From a virus, in IMG/VR virus record IMGVR_UViG_3300025424_000009: a DNA stretch of 64,000 bases; one strand, written 5' to 3'. Positions 1 to 9,529 of this stretch are shown one piece after another. A model generated the notes under the pieces. The model was not told where the DNA came from, searched no databases, and worked only from the letters and a program-made list of their open reading frames with translations. How positions within the stretch are numbered: the first letter of the stretch is position 1; every line of letters begins with the position of its first letter. Made by a program: the position numbers and the translations under genes.

Positions 1-98
1 ACTTCTTACTACTTCTTACTACTTCTTACTACTTCTTACTACTTCTTACTACTTCTTACTACTTCTTACTACTTCTTACTACTTCTTACTACTTCTTA
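1..98. repeat. Tandem repeat of 10-bp unit ACTTCTTACT (9 full copies plus 8 nt; may continue left of the window)
   Basis: Read directly from the sequence; an isolated 11-nt match TTACTACTTCT also occurs at 234-244. Confidence 0.95.
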
Positions 99-276
99 AT
101 TATTTTTAAATTATTTATTAAGTAGTTATTTATTTTAAATACTTATTAATTTAAGTAATAGTTATTAAGTATTAGTTATTATATTTTATTCAGTTACTAA
201 CTACTTATACTACTTAAGTATTTAATTCTTTTATTACTACTTCTCACCCCACTTCAACCACTACTCCAACTCGCTG

Positions 277-305
277 CCCCACAACCCCCTATCCCCCTTC
301 TCCCC
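277..305 (-). other. Potential G-quadruplex (GGGG-AGAA-GGGGG-ATA-GGGGG-TTGT-GGGG on the minus strand)
   Basis: Four C-tracts at 277-280, 285-289, 293-297 and 302-305 in an otherwise AT-rich region. Confidence 0.6.
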
Positions 306-318
306 ACGAAGAATAATG

Positions 319-350
319 CAAAGTTAAGGAATATAATTTAAACTGCCAAA
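319..350 (-). promoter_or_regulatory. Leftward Bacteroidota-type sigma70 promoter
   Basis: Minus strand TTTG (347-350), 20-nt spacer, TAACTTTG (319-326). Confidence 0.7.
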
Positions 351-418
351 TAATTATTAAATAATTTAAATATTTCATTCAGTCAAAGGTATGTAAATAA
401 ACTTACCTAAAAATAATA

Positions 419-450
419 TTTGTTTAATTCAGTAGATATTCCTATCTTTG
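419..450 (+). promoter_or_regulatory. Rightward Bacteroidota-type sigma70 promoter
   Basis: TTTG (419-422), 20-nt spacer, TATCTTTG (443-450), 16 nt before the ATG at 467. Confidence 0.75.
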
Positions 451-466
451 TACCAAATTTAAAATA

Positions 467-841
467 ATGCCTACAATTGAAACAATTATAGTTTACTATC
501 TACCCTTTGAAAAGGGTGTGGCTGATTTTGAGGATATCAAATCAGAGTGTGATGAATTCAAGGAAAATTTCGGAATAATACACCCTGTATTGCCATCCTT
601 TACAGGTCAGGAAGGTTACACAACCATCCCTTATGAAATAGATACCCCTCAGTTATCTCAACCTTTTGTAGGGGTACCTTATGCATCCCCAACAGTACCT
701 AACTGGCCTCACACCAACCCCTTTCCAATACCATCTTATCCAGGGTATAGTCCTATTTGGTGCAGTACTGGTACAAGTGCAGGTTTAGGTGTAGCCAATA
801 CAACAAATGGTCCGATTAACAGTAACACAAAAATAAATTAA
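467..841 (+). CDS. Hypothetical proline-rich protein
   Basis: ORF directly behind a consensus promoter; no recognisable motif. Confidence 0.7.
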   Translation: MPTIETIIVYYLPFEKGVADFEDIKSECDEFKENFGIIHPVLPSFTGQEGYTTIPYEIDTPQLSQPFVGVPYASPTVPNWPHTNPFPIPSYPGYSPIWCSTGTSAGLGVANTTNGPINSNTKIN

Positions 842-852
842 ATAAAAAGTAT

Positions 853-1509
853 ATGCTGACCCCAGAAGTTATAGAAGAAAATTGGAATAGGTACAGAGGT
901 TTAGCTGTTGAATTCTCAGAAGAAGGTAAGAAAGGGAATAGATGGACTAAGCTAATCAAATTGTTTGATACCTATGCTGATAGGTTATCCCTTATGCCGG
1001 CATCATCTAAAGCAAGTTATCACAGTGCTTATATGGGTGGGTATGTTCAGCATACTTTAAACGTGTATGATGCTGCGATAGGTCTTACAAAGATTTGGAA
1101 AAAGCAAGGTGCAGAGATTGACTTTTCAATTGAAGAATTGACGTTTGTATGTCTTGTGCATGATCTAGGTAAGATGGGTGATGATGAGAATGAATTTTAC
1201 ATTGAGCAGAATGATAAGTGGAGGAGAGATAATATGGGGGAATTGTATAAATTCAATCCTAGATTATCCTTTATGAAAGATCATGATCGCACCATTTTCA
1301 TGTTAATGAATGCCGGGATAGAAGTAAGTGAGGCTGAATATTTAGCTATTAAACTTCAAGCTGGATTGTATGATGAGGGAAATAAAGCTTACTTGGTAAC
1401 TTATTCGCCTGAGTTTAGATTACACAGTAATTTACCTTACATAATTCACCAGGCAGATATGATGAGTACCCGTATTGAGTCTATGGTTGATAGACGAATT
1501 AAACAATAA
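853..1509 (+). CDS. HD-domain phosphohydrolase (YhaM-like HD domain)
   Basis: YHSAYMGGYVQHTLNV, LVHDLGK and HQAD motifs. Confidence 0.8.
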   Translation: MLTPEVIEENWNRYRGLAVEFSEEGKKGNRWTKLIKLFDTYADRLSLMPASSKASYHSAYMGGYVQHTLNVYDAAIGLTKIWKKQGAEIDFSIEELTFVCLVHDLGKMGDDENEFYIEQNDKWRRDNMGELYKFNPRLSFMKDHDRTIFMLMNAGIEVSEAEYLAIKLQAGLYDEGNKAYLVTYSPEFRLHSNLPYIIHQADMMSTRIESMVDRRIKQ

Positions 1510-1512
1510 TTA

Positions 1513-1656
1513 ATGCCATCGTTAGATTTTACAAAATTATTCGCGATATTACTTTTCATAACTATTTTAGTGATAGTAGTATTTATAAAACCACTTTTTG
1601 ATTTGTACAAATTTATAGTAAAAATTATAAACACCATTAAAAACAAGATTAGATGA
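1513..1656 (+). CDS. 47-aa membrane protein (missing from the ORF track)
   Basis: MPSLDFTKLFAILLFITILVIVVFIKPLF...; ATGA overlap with the next gene. Confidence 0.6.
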   Translation: MPSLDFTKLFAILLFITILVIVVFIKPLFDLYKFIVKIINTIKNKIR

Positions 1657-2171
1657 TAATTATTTCAGTAAACCAGATTATATTATTTCTACTGGTAGTT
1701 GTTAGTACTTCTGGTTGGACATTTTACTTTTTAAATAAAAAGAGTAGTAAGAAAGATTTAGATAAGGCTAATGAAGATTTCTTAAAAAAGCTGAATAGCA
1801 TGGAATCTAAATTAGAGATGTCCAATAAAGATTGGGAGTCTAAATTAGAGTTAATACAAACAAGTCACGACTCAAATGTATTTTTAATGGAATCCCAGCA
1901 TGAATCTGAATTAAAAGAAATATCTGATTTAGCCGATTCTAAGATAAAAGATATTGAAAAAGAATTATTAGCTTCTGTAGAACTTTATGAAAAGTATATT
2001 ACAAACCTAGATATGATAATACAAGTATCTCACCAAAAGATTAGAGAAGTCGATTCTAAGGGCATATACAAAACAGATGATGAGGTACAATTCTTCTTCG
2101 AGGCATTAAAGGAAATACAATCAAATTTAGATAAGTTTCAGGTAGAAAAACAAGATTCAGAGAACCAGTAA
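1653..2171 (+). CDS. Membrane-anchored coiled-coil protein
   Basis: N-terminal hydrophobic helix followed by heptad-rich acidic helices. Confidence 0.65.
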   Translation: MIIISVNQIILFLLVVVSTSGWTFYFLNKKSSKKDLDKANEDFLKKLNSMESKLEMSNKDWESKLELIQTSHDSNVFLMESQHESELKEISDLADSKIKDIEKELLASVELYEKYITNLDMIIQVSHQKIREVDSKGIYKTDDEVQFFFEALKEIQSNLDKFQVEKQDSENQ

Positions 2172-2202
2172 TGATAAACAAAAACTTAAAACAGATGATA
2201 AA

Positions 2203-3162
2203 TTGCAAAACAGACCTAATATTGATTTAGAAGTTTATACAAAAGATGGTAAACTTCGTAAAAGAAAAAGAAAAAAACCTAATCAAGAGTATTTTACTAA
2301 AGAGACTGAGGATGCTATTATAGAGTATAATTCATCTGATGACCCTATTCTTAAAGATAGGTTATTTTCAGATAAGATATATGTATCATTCTGTAAGCTT
2401 GCTGAAAATAACATTAATGGTAATGTGTTTGAGTATGCACAAATGCATGCAGGTGGCTACGAAGATCTTAAGAATGAAGTAATCTGCAAACTCGTATATG
2501 AAATGCCCAAATTCGATAAAGATAAGGGTACTATCATTTCTAAAGCCAGAACTTCATCTGAATACACTAAAGGTACACTAGGTTTTGGGTATTTCAACAT
2601 AATTGCTAAAAGGTTTTTAGTACAGTATAACGACAAACAGTATAAGTTATACAAGAACCGGCTAACATTAGAATCACAAGAAAGTGAAGAGAAAGTTGAC
2701 GAGATACGTCATGAGTACGATTACGAGGATGACTTACAAAACTTCAGTCAGGAATTCGCCTATTGGCTAGAAGAAAGTATAGACGATTGGTTCTATATAT
2801 TTCAAGATACAGATGATGATAGAGATGTTGAAGAAGTATCTCTTAAATTTACCAGTGATGAGAAAGATATAGTAAGGTGTGTCATAGAATTATTTAAATC
2901 TGTAGAGGATTTAGAGATATTCTGGAAACCTGCATTTTATTTGCAGATAAGAGAAGCTACTGGAAAAAGTACCCAGGATATAACTAGAGTATTGAATATA
3001 CTGAAGAAAGCATTCCATGAGCAGTTATATGAATTTCATCATAGAGGTGAGTTGAATATATCCATGATAAAAAGAAAAGAGCTGTTAGTAAATAAAAAAG
3101 AAAAGGATTCTAAGAGACATAAAAAAGAAAAAGAACCTGATTTTCAAGAATTCTTCATTTAA
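2203..3162 (+). CDS. Phage late-transcription sigma-like factor (T4 gp55-like)
   Basis: YFTKETEDAIIEYN...FCKLAENNIN...FGYFNIIAKRFLVQYN pattern recalled from gp55-like sigmas; sits at the head of the late cluster; TTG start. Confidence 0.65.
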   Translation: MQNRPNIDLEVYTKDGKLRKRKRKKPNQEYFTKETEDAIIEYNSSDDPILKDRLFSDKIYVSFCKLAENNINGNVFEYAQMHAGGYEDLKNEVICKLVYEMPKFDKDKGTIISKARTSSEYTKGTLGFGYFNIIAKRFLVQYNDKQYKLYKNRLTLESQESEEKVDEIRHEYDYEDDLQNFSQEFAYWLEESIDDWFYIFQDTDDDRDVEEVSLKFTSDEKDIVRCVIELFKSVEDLEIFWKPAFYLQIREATGKSTQDITRVLNILKKAFHEQLYEFHHRGELNISMIKRKELLVNKKEKDSKRHKKEKEPDFQEFFI

Positions 3163-3165
3163 TTA

Positions 3166-3173
3166 TATTTATA
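3166..3173 (+). promoter_or_regulatory. Candidate phage late promoter TATTTATA
   Basis: One of 14 (G/T/C)(A)TATTTAT(A/T) copies found just upstream of gene starts; see findings. Confidence 0.7.
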
Positions 3174-3183
3174 ATTAAAAACC

Positions 3184-3570
3184 ATGGCCTCGGAAGCATT
3201 AGAGACTACTCTATTTAAAAATAAGACATTAGCAGACATATTTCAGGAGATACATAGTAACTCTAGGAAGAATGATGAGCGTATGATAGGTCTTATAGAG
3301 CAGCTAAAAGATTTAATAGCAACTATAGGTGATGCTCAAGTAATAGCACCTATTATAGGCACTTATATGAAGCTTGTAATAGATAACAACGAGCATCTCA
3401 TTAAGATGGCTACAATAGCCCAGAAATGCGTAGATAAGGGTAAGGATAATGGAGACTCTATGTTTACAGAGGATGATAAACAACAGTTATTACTTTTGGC
3501 ACAAAAGGCAGAGGATGATATTAAGTTACCTGCCCCTCAACAAAAGCAATTAGATAAGATAAAAAAATAA
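3184..3570 (+). CDS. Conserved helical protein, possibly small terminase subunit
   Basis: Size and all-helical character; late motif upstream; assignment tentative. Confidence 0.35.
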   Translation: MASEALETTLFKNKTLADIFQEIHSNSRKNDERMIGLIEQLKDLIATIGDAQVIAPIIGTYMKLVIDNNEHLIKMATIAQKCVDKGKDNGDSMFTEDDKQQLLLLAQKAEDDIKLPAPQQKQLDKIKK

Positions 3571-3571
3571 G

Positions 3572-5176
3572 ATGACATCCCCAAGAGAAGGATCAGCAGC
3601 AATATTAGGCGTAGGTGGTCACGCATACGGAAACTTAGATTCTGGTAATACCCAGATGACAGGTAGAGTACTGTATACACTACTTACAGACGATGCTAAA
3701 AAGCTTTCTCAAATGAATGTACCTCCAGGATCAATAGGAGCTATTCAATTCAGGATGTTATATAATGGGCAAGATGTTGGTGATAACTTTTTAGTAGCCT
3801 ACCCTATAGGTCATATAAAGAAGTACCCTGTTAAAAATGAACTAGTAAATATAGTAGTAAGGGCATCAAAAGAATCGTCTAACCCTTCTGGTAACAATGT
3901 ATATAATTACTACTATGATGATATTTTACCTGTATTTGATTCTCCAGAACATAATGCATTACCGACAGATGTATACTTCAGTGGTAGTAATAATTCTTCA
4001 ATAACAGGAGATTTTAAAGAAAAGGGTAACATATATAAACTTCAACATTTACCTGGTGACACTATTATAGAAGGCAGAATAGGAAATTCAATAAGGATGG
4101 GCAGTTCACATCCTATATTACCAAATACTCCATGGGATGGACCGCAGGGCAATCCTGTGTTTGTTATTACAAATGGGCAGAAACCTCAGACAGAGAGTAA
4201 TATATCAGCAACATTTGAGGATATAAATGGTGACGGGTCCTCTATGTGGGGTTTAAATAATCATAATATTACTTTTTTACCTGCTAGTACACTATTTGAT
4301 TCTTATGGTGCAAATAGTACTTCAACCACTGTAAAGAATAATATAGTGGTGGCTAATAATAAAGTACAAACTCCTGTATCATCATCCTTACAAACTATAG
4401 ATAAGGTACCTGTATCAGAAACTAAACCAGTAGTATATCCAGTTTCAACACCTACTGTAGATACTATACCTGTAATTGGAGAGGTGGATTTCTTAGAAAG
4501 CGAAGAACAACCTGAATATAACAAAGAATTTGAGGACATAGAAGTAGTAGAAAGGGTAAGCCCTATTAAATTTGAAACTGCATATACATTAATTTCTGAT
4601 AGTATACAAAAGAATGGTAATATTTATCTAAATAAACAAAAAGCATTAGATACTGTTAAATTAGGGGCGTATCCAGATTTACCTATTCTTGACTGTAAAT
4701 ATACAATTTACACCAGACAAGATTTTGCAAATATATTAAATAAATTAGTATCAACCGGAGGTATAAAGAAGAATGTAGCTAGGAGTGTATTAGCAACAGC
4801 TATAAATGAGCAATCTTACAACGGTAAGATAAGGGGTATAAATAATGATTTTTTTGGTGTTCAATCTGATTTAAAAGTTAGGTGGTCATTAGGGCCTACA
4901 TACCCACATTTAAAATTTGCAGGACAAGTATTTGCAAAAGAAGGTGGTACTAATAAGTATAGAGGTTATATAGCCTTTAGTAGTTTAACCGAAGCAATTG
5001 AGTTCGCAATAGATCAATTTTATAAAAAGGGGTTTGATAGTATTCCTTATGATAGTTCAGACTCTAATATCTATGCTCACAGATATATAGCTAAATGGTA
5101 TGGAGCCTCTGCAACAGATACTTTAGTTCATAATAAAATGTATGGCTATATATCAGCAAAAGATTACATAAAATAA
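3572..5176 (+). CDS. Baseplate hub/spike protein (gp5-like N-terminus) with C-terminal lysozyme-like (GH73-type) domain
   Basis: PGDTIIEGRIGNSIRMGSS spike-type segment; C-terminal LATAINEQS...NNDFFGVQ...YIAFSSLTEAI resembles glucosaminidases; baseplate context. Confidence 0.55.
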   Translation: MTSPREGSAAILGVGGHAYGNLDSGNTQMTGRVLYTLLTDDAKKLSQMNVPPGSIGAIQFRMLYNGQDVGDNFLVAYPIGHIKKYPVKNELVNIVVRASKESSNPSGNNVYNYYYDDILPVFDSPEHNALPTDVYFSGSNNSSITGDFKEKGNIYKLQHLPGDTIIEGRIGNSIRMGSSHPILPNTPWDGPQGNPVFVITNGQKPQTESNISATFEDINGDGSSMWGLNNHNITFLPASTLFDSYGANSTSTTVKNNIVVANNKVQTPVSSSLQTIDKVPVSETKPVVYPVSTPTVDTIPVIGEVDFLESEEQPEYNKEFEDIEVVERVSPIKFETAYTLISDSIQKNGNIYLNKQKALDTVKLGAYPDLPILDCKYTIYTRQDFANILNKLVSTGGIKKNVARSVLATAINEQSYNGKIRGINNDFFGVQSDLKVRWSLGPTYPHLKFAGQVFAKEGGTNKYRGYIAFSSLTEAIEFAIDQFYKKGFDSIPYDSSDSNIYAHRYIAKWYGASATDTLVHNKMYGYISAKDYIK

Positions 5177-5182
5177 AATAAC

Positions 5183-5602
5183 ATGAACTTTGATAATTAC
5201 CCTGACCACCAATGGATTATTAACTCTGATAGGTTAGTATTCAATTCTAAAAAAGATAACATATTCCTGCTTGCAGCTAAAGATCTTGCTATATCTACTC
5301 AAGGGGATATTCATTTAAACACAAAGGGTAAGTTAATTGTAAATGCAGACTCTATTCAACTTGGGATAGATAATAAAAATATAGAGCCAATAGCTAAAGG
5401 GCAATCAACATTTGATATTTTCAATAGATTGTTAAATTCACTTTCAGAACTATCACAATCGTTATCTACAGCTACCGGACAAGGGGTAGGTGTTATTAAT
5501 TTGGTGATGGTAAACGCAGCAGCATCTAAACTAAATTCTGATATACAACAAGTAAAAAAGGATTTAAAAAATATACTTTCAACTAAAACTTTTTCAAATT
5601 AA
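5183..5602 (+). CDS. Baseplate spike-associated protein
   Basis: IINSDRLVFNSKKDNIFLLA beta-rich segment; position in the baseplate module. Confidence 0.45.
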   Translation: MNFDNYPDHQWIINSDRLVFNSKKDNIFLLAAKDLAISTQGDIHLNTKGKLIVNADSIQLGIDNKNIEPIAKGQSTFDIFNRLLNSLSELSQSLSTATGQGVGVINLVMVNAAASKLNSDIQQVKKDLKNILSTKTFSN

Positions 5603-6520
5603 GTGCCAAATAAATTAACAGATACGTCCGTAAGAGGTATATCTAATACCTTATCTTCGATTATAGCCGATACATCAGATACCTCTACTCTAACTAATAT
5701 AGAGACTAGTGTAGGTTTAGCTATAGCAGATCCAATCGGAGTTTTAATTAAAAAGTCGTTAGTATCCATTAATAATATAACCTCTTTAATAACAAATAGA
5801 ATTAAAAAATTAGAGGAGGATATTATAAATTCTGTAGATAATACAGGAAAGGTTGAGCTTATAAACGACCAAATCATAATCGTATTATCTTCTAAAGACG
5901 CATCATTAGCACCTATCTTTAAACAAAAGATTGAAAAAGATATAAACTCTATTAACACATCGCTAGCCACTATGCAAGGGTTAGTAAAAACGTTTAGAAT
6001 CATATCTAAAACTGCTAATACCCTAAAGACACTTTTAAATATTCAAGAAGCTTTATTATCTGCAAACCCAGTTTCAAAAGCTACACTTTCAGTGTTCAAA
6101 AAAGCTATTAAAATTATTTCTTATAAAGATATACTGAATGATTACATAAGGATAATAAATGAGCAAGTAACTAAGAATGAAAATGTATTGAATGGACTTA
6201 TTCAAACAATGACTAGACTAAACGTACAGTTTACTATAGATAATCAATCTAGTCAAGGTAATAATCTTACAGATGACCAAGCATTAAATTTAATAGCGAA
6301 TAACAGTTTACTTGGACCTTCAAACCAAGGTAATACTCAAACTTATAAAACTCAATCTGGCAACACCTATTTATTAAAGGTAGAGGCTTATGGGGTAGGC
6401 CAACTAATAGCCAGAGCAATAGACAGCTATTCAGGGTTAATAAAAGTAGAGACTGCCCCTAGTTATATTGAAACCCCCGAACAGCTTATATCTGAACTAA
6501 AAACAATCATCGGAGATTAA
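5603..6520 (+). CDS. Hypothetical helical virion-module protein
   Basis: GTG start abutting the upstream stop; long ORF in the baseplate module. Confidence 0.6.
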   Translation: MPNKLTDTSVRGISNTLSSIIADTSDTSTLTNIETSVGLAIADPIGVLIKKSLVSINNITSLITNRIKKLEEDIINSVDNTGKVELINDQIIIVLSSKDASLAPIFKQKIEKDINSINTSLATMQGLVKTFRIISKTANTLKTLLNIQEALLSANPVSKATLSVFKKAIKIISYKDILNDYIRIINEQVTKNENVLNGLIQTMTRLNVQFTIDNQSSQGNNLTDDQALNLIANNSLLGPSNQGNTQTYKTQSGNTYLLKVEAYGVGQLIARAIDSYSGLIKVETAPSYIETPEQLISELKTIIGD

Positions 6521-6550
6521 ATTATTCACACACTTATATTTATACTTATC

Positions 6551-6919
6551 ATGACTTCAAACGAAATTACATTACTAGCTGAAATATTAAAACTTCATAC
6601 TGAAGCAGCTATTAACAACGCGATAACACCTTTAAAAGAGGAGTTAAAAAAGATAAAAGCATTAAATGCCCAAATCTTGAAAGAAGGTAGGCAAGCACCT
6701 CAAGCCGTTGCCCAACCTCAACAAGCAACACAAAAGTTGACATTATTAGGAAAACCATTATCTTATAGAGATGAAGATATGATAGTTGAACATGCAGGTT
6801 CAAACCCTATGACGAGTATATATGAAGACCCTTCTTTGAAGGCTATGGCAGTGCATGCAGCTCAATCAGGAGGATTACCAGATATTGATTTACCGATTCC
6901 ATCACTATTTAATAAATAA
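6551..6919 (+). CDS. Hypothetical protein
   Basis: ORF with TATTTATA at 6537-6544. Confidence 0.65.
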   Translation: MTSNEITLLAEILKLHTEAAINNAITPLKEELKKIKALNAQILKEGRQAPQAVAQPQQATQKLTLLGKPLSYRDEDMIVEHAGSNPMTSIYEDPSLKAMAVHAAQSGGLPDIDLPIPSLFNK

Positions 6920-6925
6920 TAAACA

Positions 6926-7324
6926 TTGAGAAGACAAAGAATACAAACTAAGGTATATCCTATTGATACTCAACCATCGGTTGCGGTAGGTCTTAGATTA
7001 CCTTTTAATGGTAAGGGTATTTTTGGTCAGAATTACACCACACAGGATCAATTAAAAACAAACATAATTAATTTTATGTTGACTAATCCTGGTGAAAGAT
7101 TATTCAATGTTAATTTTGGTGCCGGTATTCGAGATTTATTGTTTGGACCAGATGATGATTTAGAAGCAATAGACAACTCTCTGAGAACTGCTATATCTAG
7201 TGAGTTTCCTCAGATAAACATTGTAAGCTTAAATGTAACATCACCTGATAATAGCCATGACCTTTATATAACACTCAAATATAGCTTTAATAATACATCG
7301 AATCAAATAACCATAACTATATAA
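6926..7324 (+). CDS. Baseplate wedge protein, gp25-like
   Basis: DQLKTNIINFMLTNPGERLFNVNFGAGIRDLLF signature; TTG start. Confidence 0.85.
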   Translation: MRRQRIQTKVYPIDTQPSVAVGLRLPFNGKGIFGQNYTTQDQLKTNIINFMLTNPGERLFNVNFGAGIRDLLFGPDDDLEAIDNSLRTAISSEFPQINIVSLNVTSPDNSHDLYITLKYSFNNTSNQITITI

Positions 7325-7325
7325 A

Positions 7326-9218
7326 GTGGCAAATACACCTTCAAATATCGATATAAAATACCTCAACAGAGATTTCAATAGCTTTAAACAAGCATTGATT
7401 AACTTTGCACAATCGTATTTTCCAAACACAAATAATGATTTCTCGGATGCATCTCCAGCCACTATGCTAATAGAACAAGCATCGGTAGTAGGAGATATTT
7501 TATCACTGTATACAGATAGGTCAGTACAAGAAAACTTCCTTGAATATGCAGTAGAAAGAGATAATATAATTTCACTTGCCTACACTCAAGGATATAGACC
7601 AAAAGTAACCAGTACAGCTACAGTTATATTGGATGTTTATCAACAAATCCCAGCATTGGTTACTGGAGGTAAGGCAGTACCTGACTATAACTATGCAGTT
7701 AGTATATCTGCAAATGCAAAGATAAAGTCTAAATCAAACAACAATGTAGCATTCATTACTCAAAACCCTGTTGATTTTTCTTTCTCATCTTCGGCAGATC
7801 CTACTTCTGTATCTGTATACTCTATTAACAACACCACCAATCAACCTGAATATTACCTATTAAAAAAACAAGTAGAAGCAATAGCTGGTACGATAAAATC
7901 TCAAAATTTCACATTTGGTAATCCTATTAAGTTTGATAGTATTACCCTACAAGACAATGATATAGTAGAGATATTATCTGTGGTGGATAGTGACGGAAAT
8001 ACCTGGTACGAAGTTCCATATTTAGCACAATCTACTGTATTTGACTCAGTACCTAACACACCTCTTAATGACCCTACAATGGCAAGTGATAGAGGTACTG
8101 TACCCTATTTACTTAGATTAAGGACAGTTCAAAGAAGGTTTGTAACTAGGTTCAATGCAGATTCAACACTTAGCTTATATTTTGGCTCAGGCATTACAAG
8201 CAAGCCAGATGAGGTAATTGTACCTAATACAGATAATGTAGGAATGGGTTTAATTGATAGTATATCTTTGCTTAACACTGCCTTTGACCCTGCTAACCCA
8301 CTTTATACTAAACAATACGGTTTAGCACCGGGTAATACAACACTTACTATTAGTTACATAACAGGAGGTGGTGTAGAAACAAATGTCCCTAGCAATGACA
8401 TAAACGTCATATATGAGATAACTAAGAATAGTGCAAATTCTAATCCAAATAGCTTAAGTCAAGCTTTATTTCAACAAGTAAGCAATACAGTTGCATTCAA
8501 TAATCAAAGTGCTGCTTCAGGAGGAGGTTCTGGGGACACTATTGATGACCTGAGACTTAACTCCATGGCAGCTTACCCTACACAGCTAAGGGCAGTTACT
8601 GATGATGATATTGTAATAAGAGCAGTATCACTACCTTCAAAGTTTGGTACCATAGCCAAGGCTGCATCTTTTTCTGATTATAGGCTAGCTACTAAAAATA
8701 CATTCATCAACAGTAACCCATTGGGTATAAGCTTGTATGTGCTAGCTTATGATTCTAATAAAAACTACACTCAGGCTTCTGCTGCATTAAAAGAGAATTT
8801 AAAGAATTATCTATCTCAATACATTATATCTAACGATGGTATTACAATAAAAGATTGTTTTGTTATTAACATACAGGTTAATTTTAGTATATCTGTATTA
8901 CCATCTTATAATTCACAACAGATACTAGCTACAGCATTAGCAAATGTACAATCACTATTTAACAGTGATTTGTGGCAGATAAATCAGCCAATTATTATTG
9001 CAGATATTTATAGTACACTCTTGAGTATAAAAGGTATTCAAAGTGTATTGGATGTAACTGTAAGTAATGTGTACGGGGAGGATAAAGGGTATTCAAAATA
9101 TGGGTACGATGTACAGGGAAGTATTAAAAATAATATCATCTATCCGAGTAGGGACCCTAGTATTTTTGAAATAAAATATCCCCAAAATGACATATCTGGT
9201 AGAATCGTCACAAACTAA
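7326..9218 (+). CDS. Baseplate wedge subunit, gp6-like (Baseplate J family)
   Basis: YLNRDFNSFKQALINFAQSYFP, AYTQGYRPK and QLRAVTDDD motifs; follows gp25. Confidence 0.85.
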   Translation: MANTPSNIDIKYLNRDFNSFKQALINFAQSYFPNTNNDFSDASPATMLIEQASVVGDILSLYTDRSVQENFLEYAVERDNIISLAYTQGYRPKVTSTATVILDVYQQIPALVTGGKAVPDYNYAVSISANAKIKSKSNNNVAFITQNPVDFSFSSSADPTSVSVYSINNTTNQPEYYLLKKQVEAIAGTIKSQNFTFGNPIKFDSITLQDNDIVEILSVVDSDGNTWYEVPYLAQSTVFDSVPNTPLNDPTMASDRGTVPYLLRLRTVQRRFVTRFNADSTLSLYFGSGITSKPDEVIVPNTDNVGMGLIDSISLLNTAFDPANPLYTKQYGLAPGNTTLTISYITGGGVETNVPSNDINVIYEITKNSANSNPNSLSQALFQQVSNTVAFNNQSAASGGGSGDTIDDLRLNSMAAYPTQLRAVTDDDIVIRAVSLPSKFGTIAKAASFSDYRLATKNTFINSNPLGISLYVLAYDSNKNYTQASAALKENLKNYLSQYIISNDGITIKDCFVINIQVNFSISVLPSYNSQQILATALANVQSLFNSDLWQINQPIIIADIYSTLLSIKGIQSVLDVTVSNVYGEDKGYSKYGYDVQGSIKNNIIYPSRDPSIFEIKYPQNDISGRIVTN

Positions 9219-9229
9219 AAAAATAAAAT

Positions 9230-9529
9230 ATGATTAATTACCCCCAAATGGATAAGTTCTCATGGAAAGAACTATTCAACAATTCAAAAGGACAAACAGA
9301 TGTTCACTTTTTTTGTGGATTTATAATGGTTATCGTTAGTTGCATAACATTTCCATGGAGTGTATTTGAAAAGCTAGAGACTTATGCAAATCTTTCTATA
9401 GCCTTTGCTACACTAGGTTCAGCATTACTAGGTATTTCACGCTTCACCAAAGATAAAGATATTGTTATTTTAGGAGAAGATAAACAAACAACAGATACAC
9501 CTCAAATAGTAGACGATGCAAATAAGTAA
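9230..9529 (+). CDS. Putative holin (two TM helices)
   Basis: Two hydrophobic helices and a charged tail; overlaps the endolysin start. Confidence 0.5.
   Translation: MINYPQMDKFSWKELFNNSKGQTDVHFFCGFIMVIVSCITFPWSVFEKLETYANLSIAFATLGSALLGISRFTKDKDIVILGEDKQTTDTPQIVDDANK

Noticed and set aside
1-98. Tandem repeat as CRISPR or guide array
   Set aside because: Contiguous 10-mers with no spacers, no cas or Nop-domain gene nearby
384-391. Second leftward -7 element TACCTTTG
   Set aside because: No TTTG -33 element at 19-21 nt, so not called as a promoter
3560-5605. Recoding at other junctions (A7 before stop 3570; in-frame TAA-GTG at 5600-5605)
   Set aside because: Downstream genes have their own adjacent starts and no stimulatory structure is visible; ordinary translational coupling suffices
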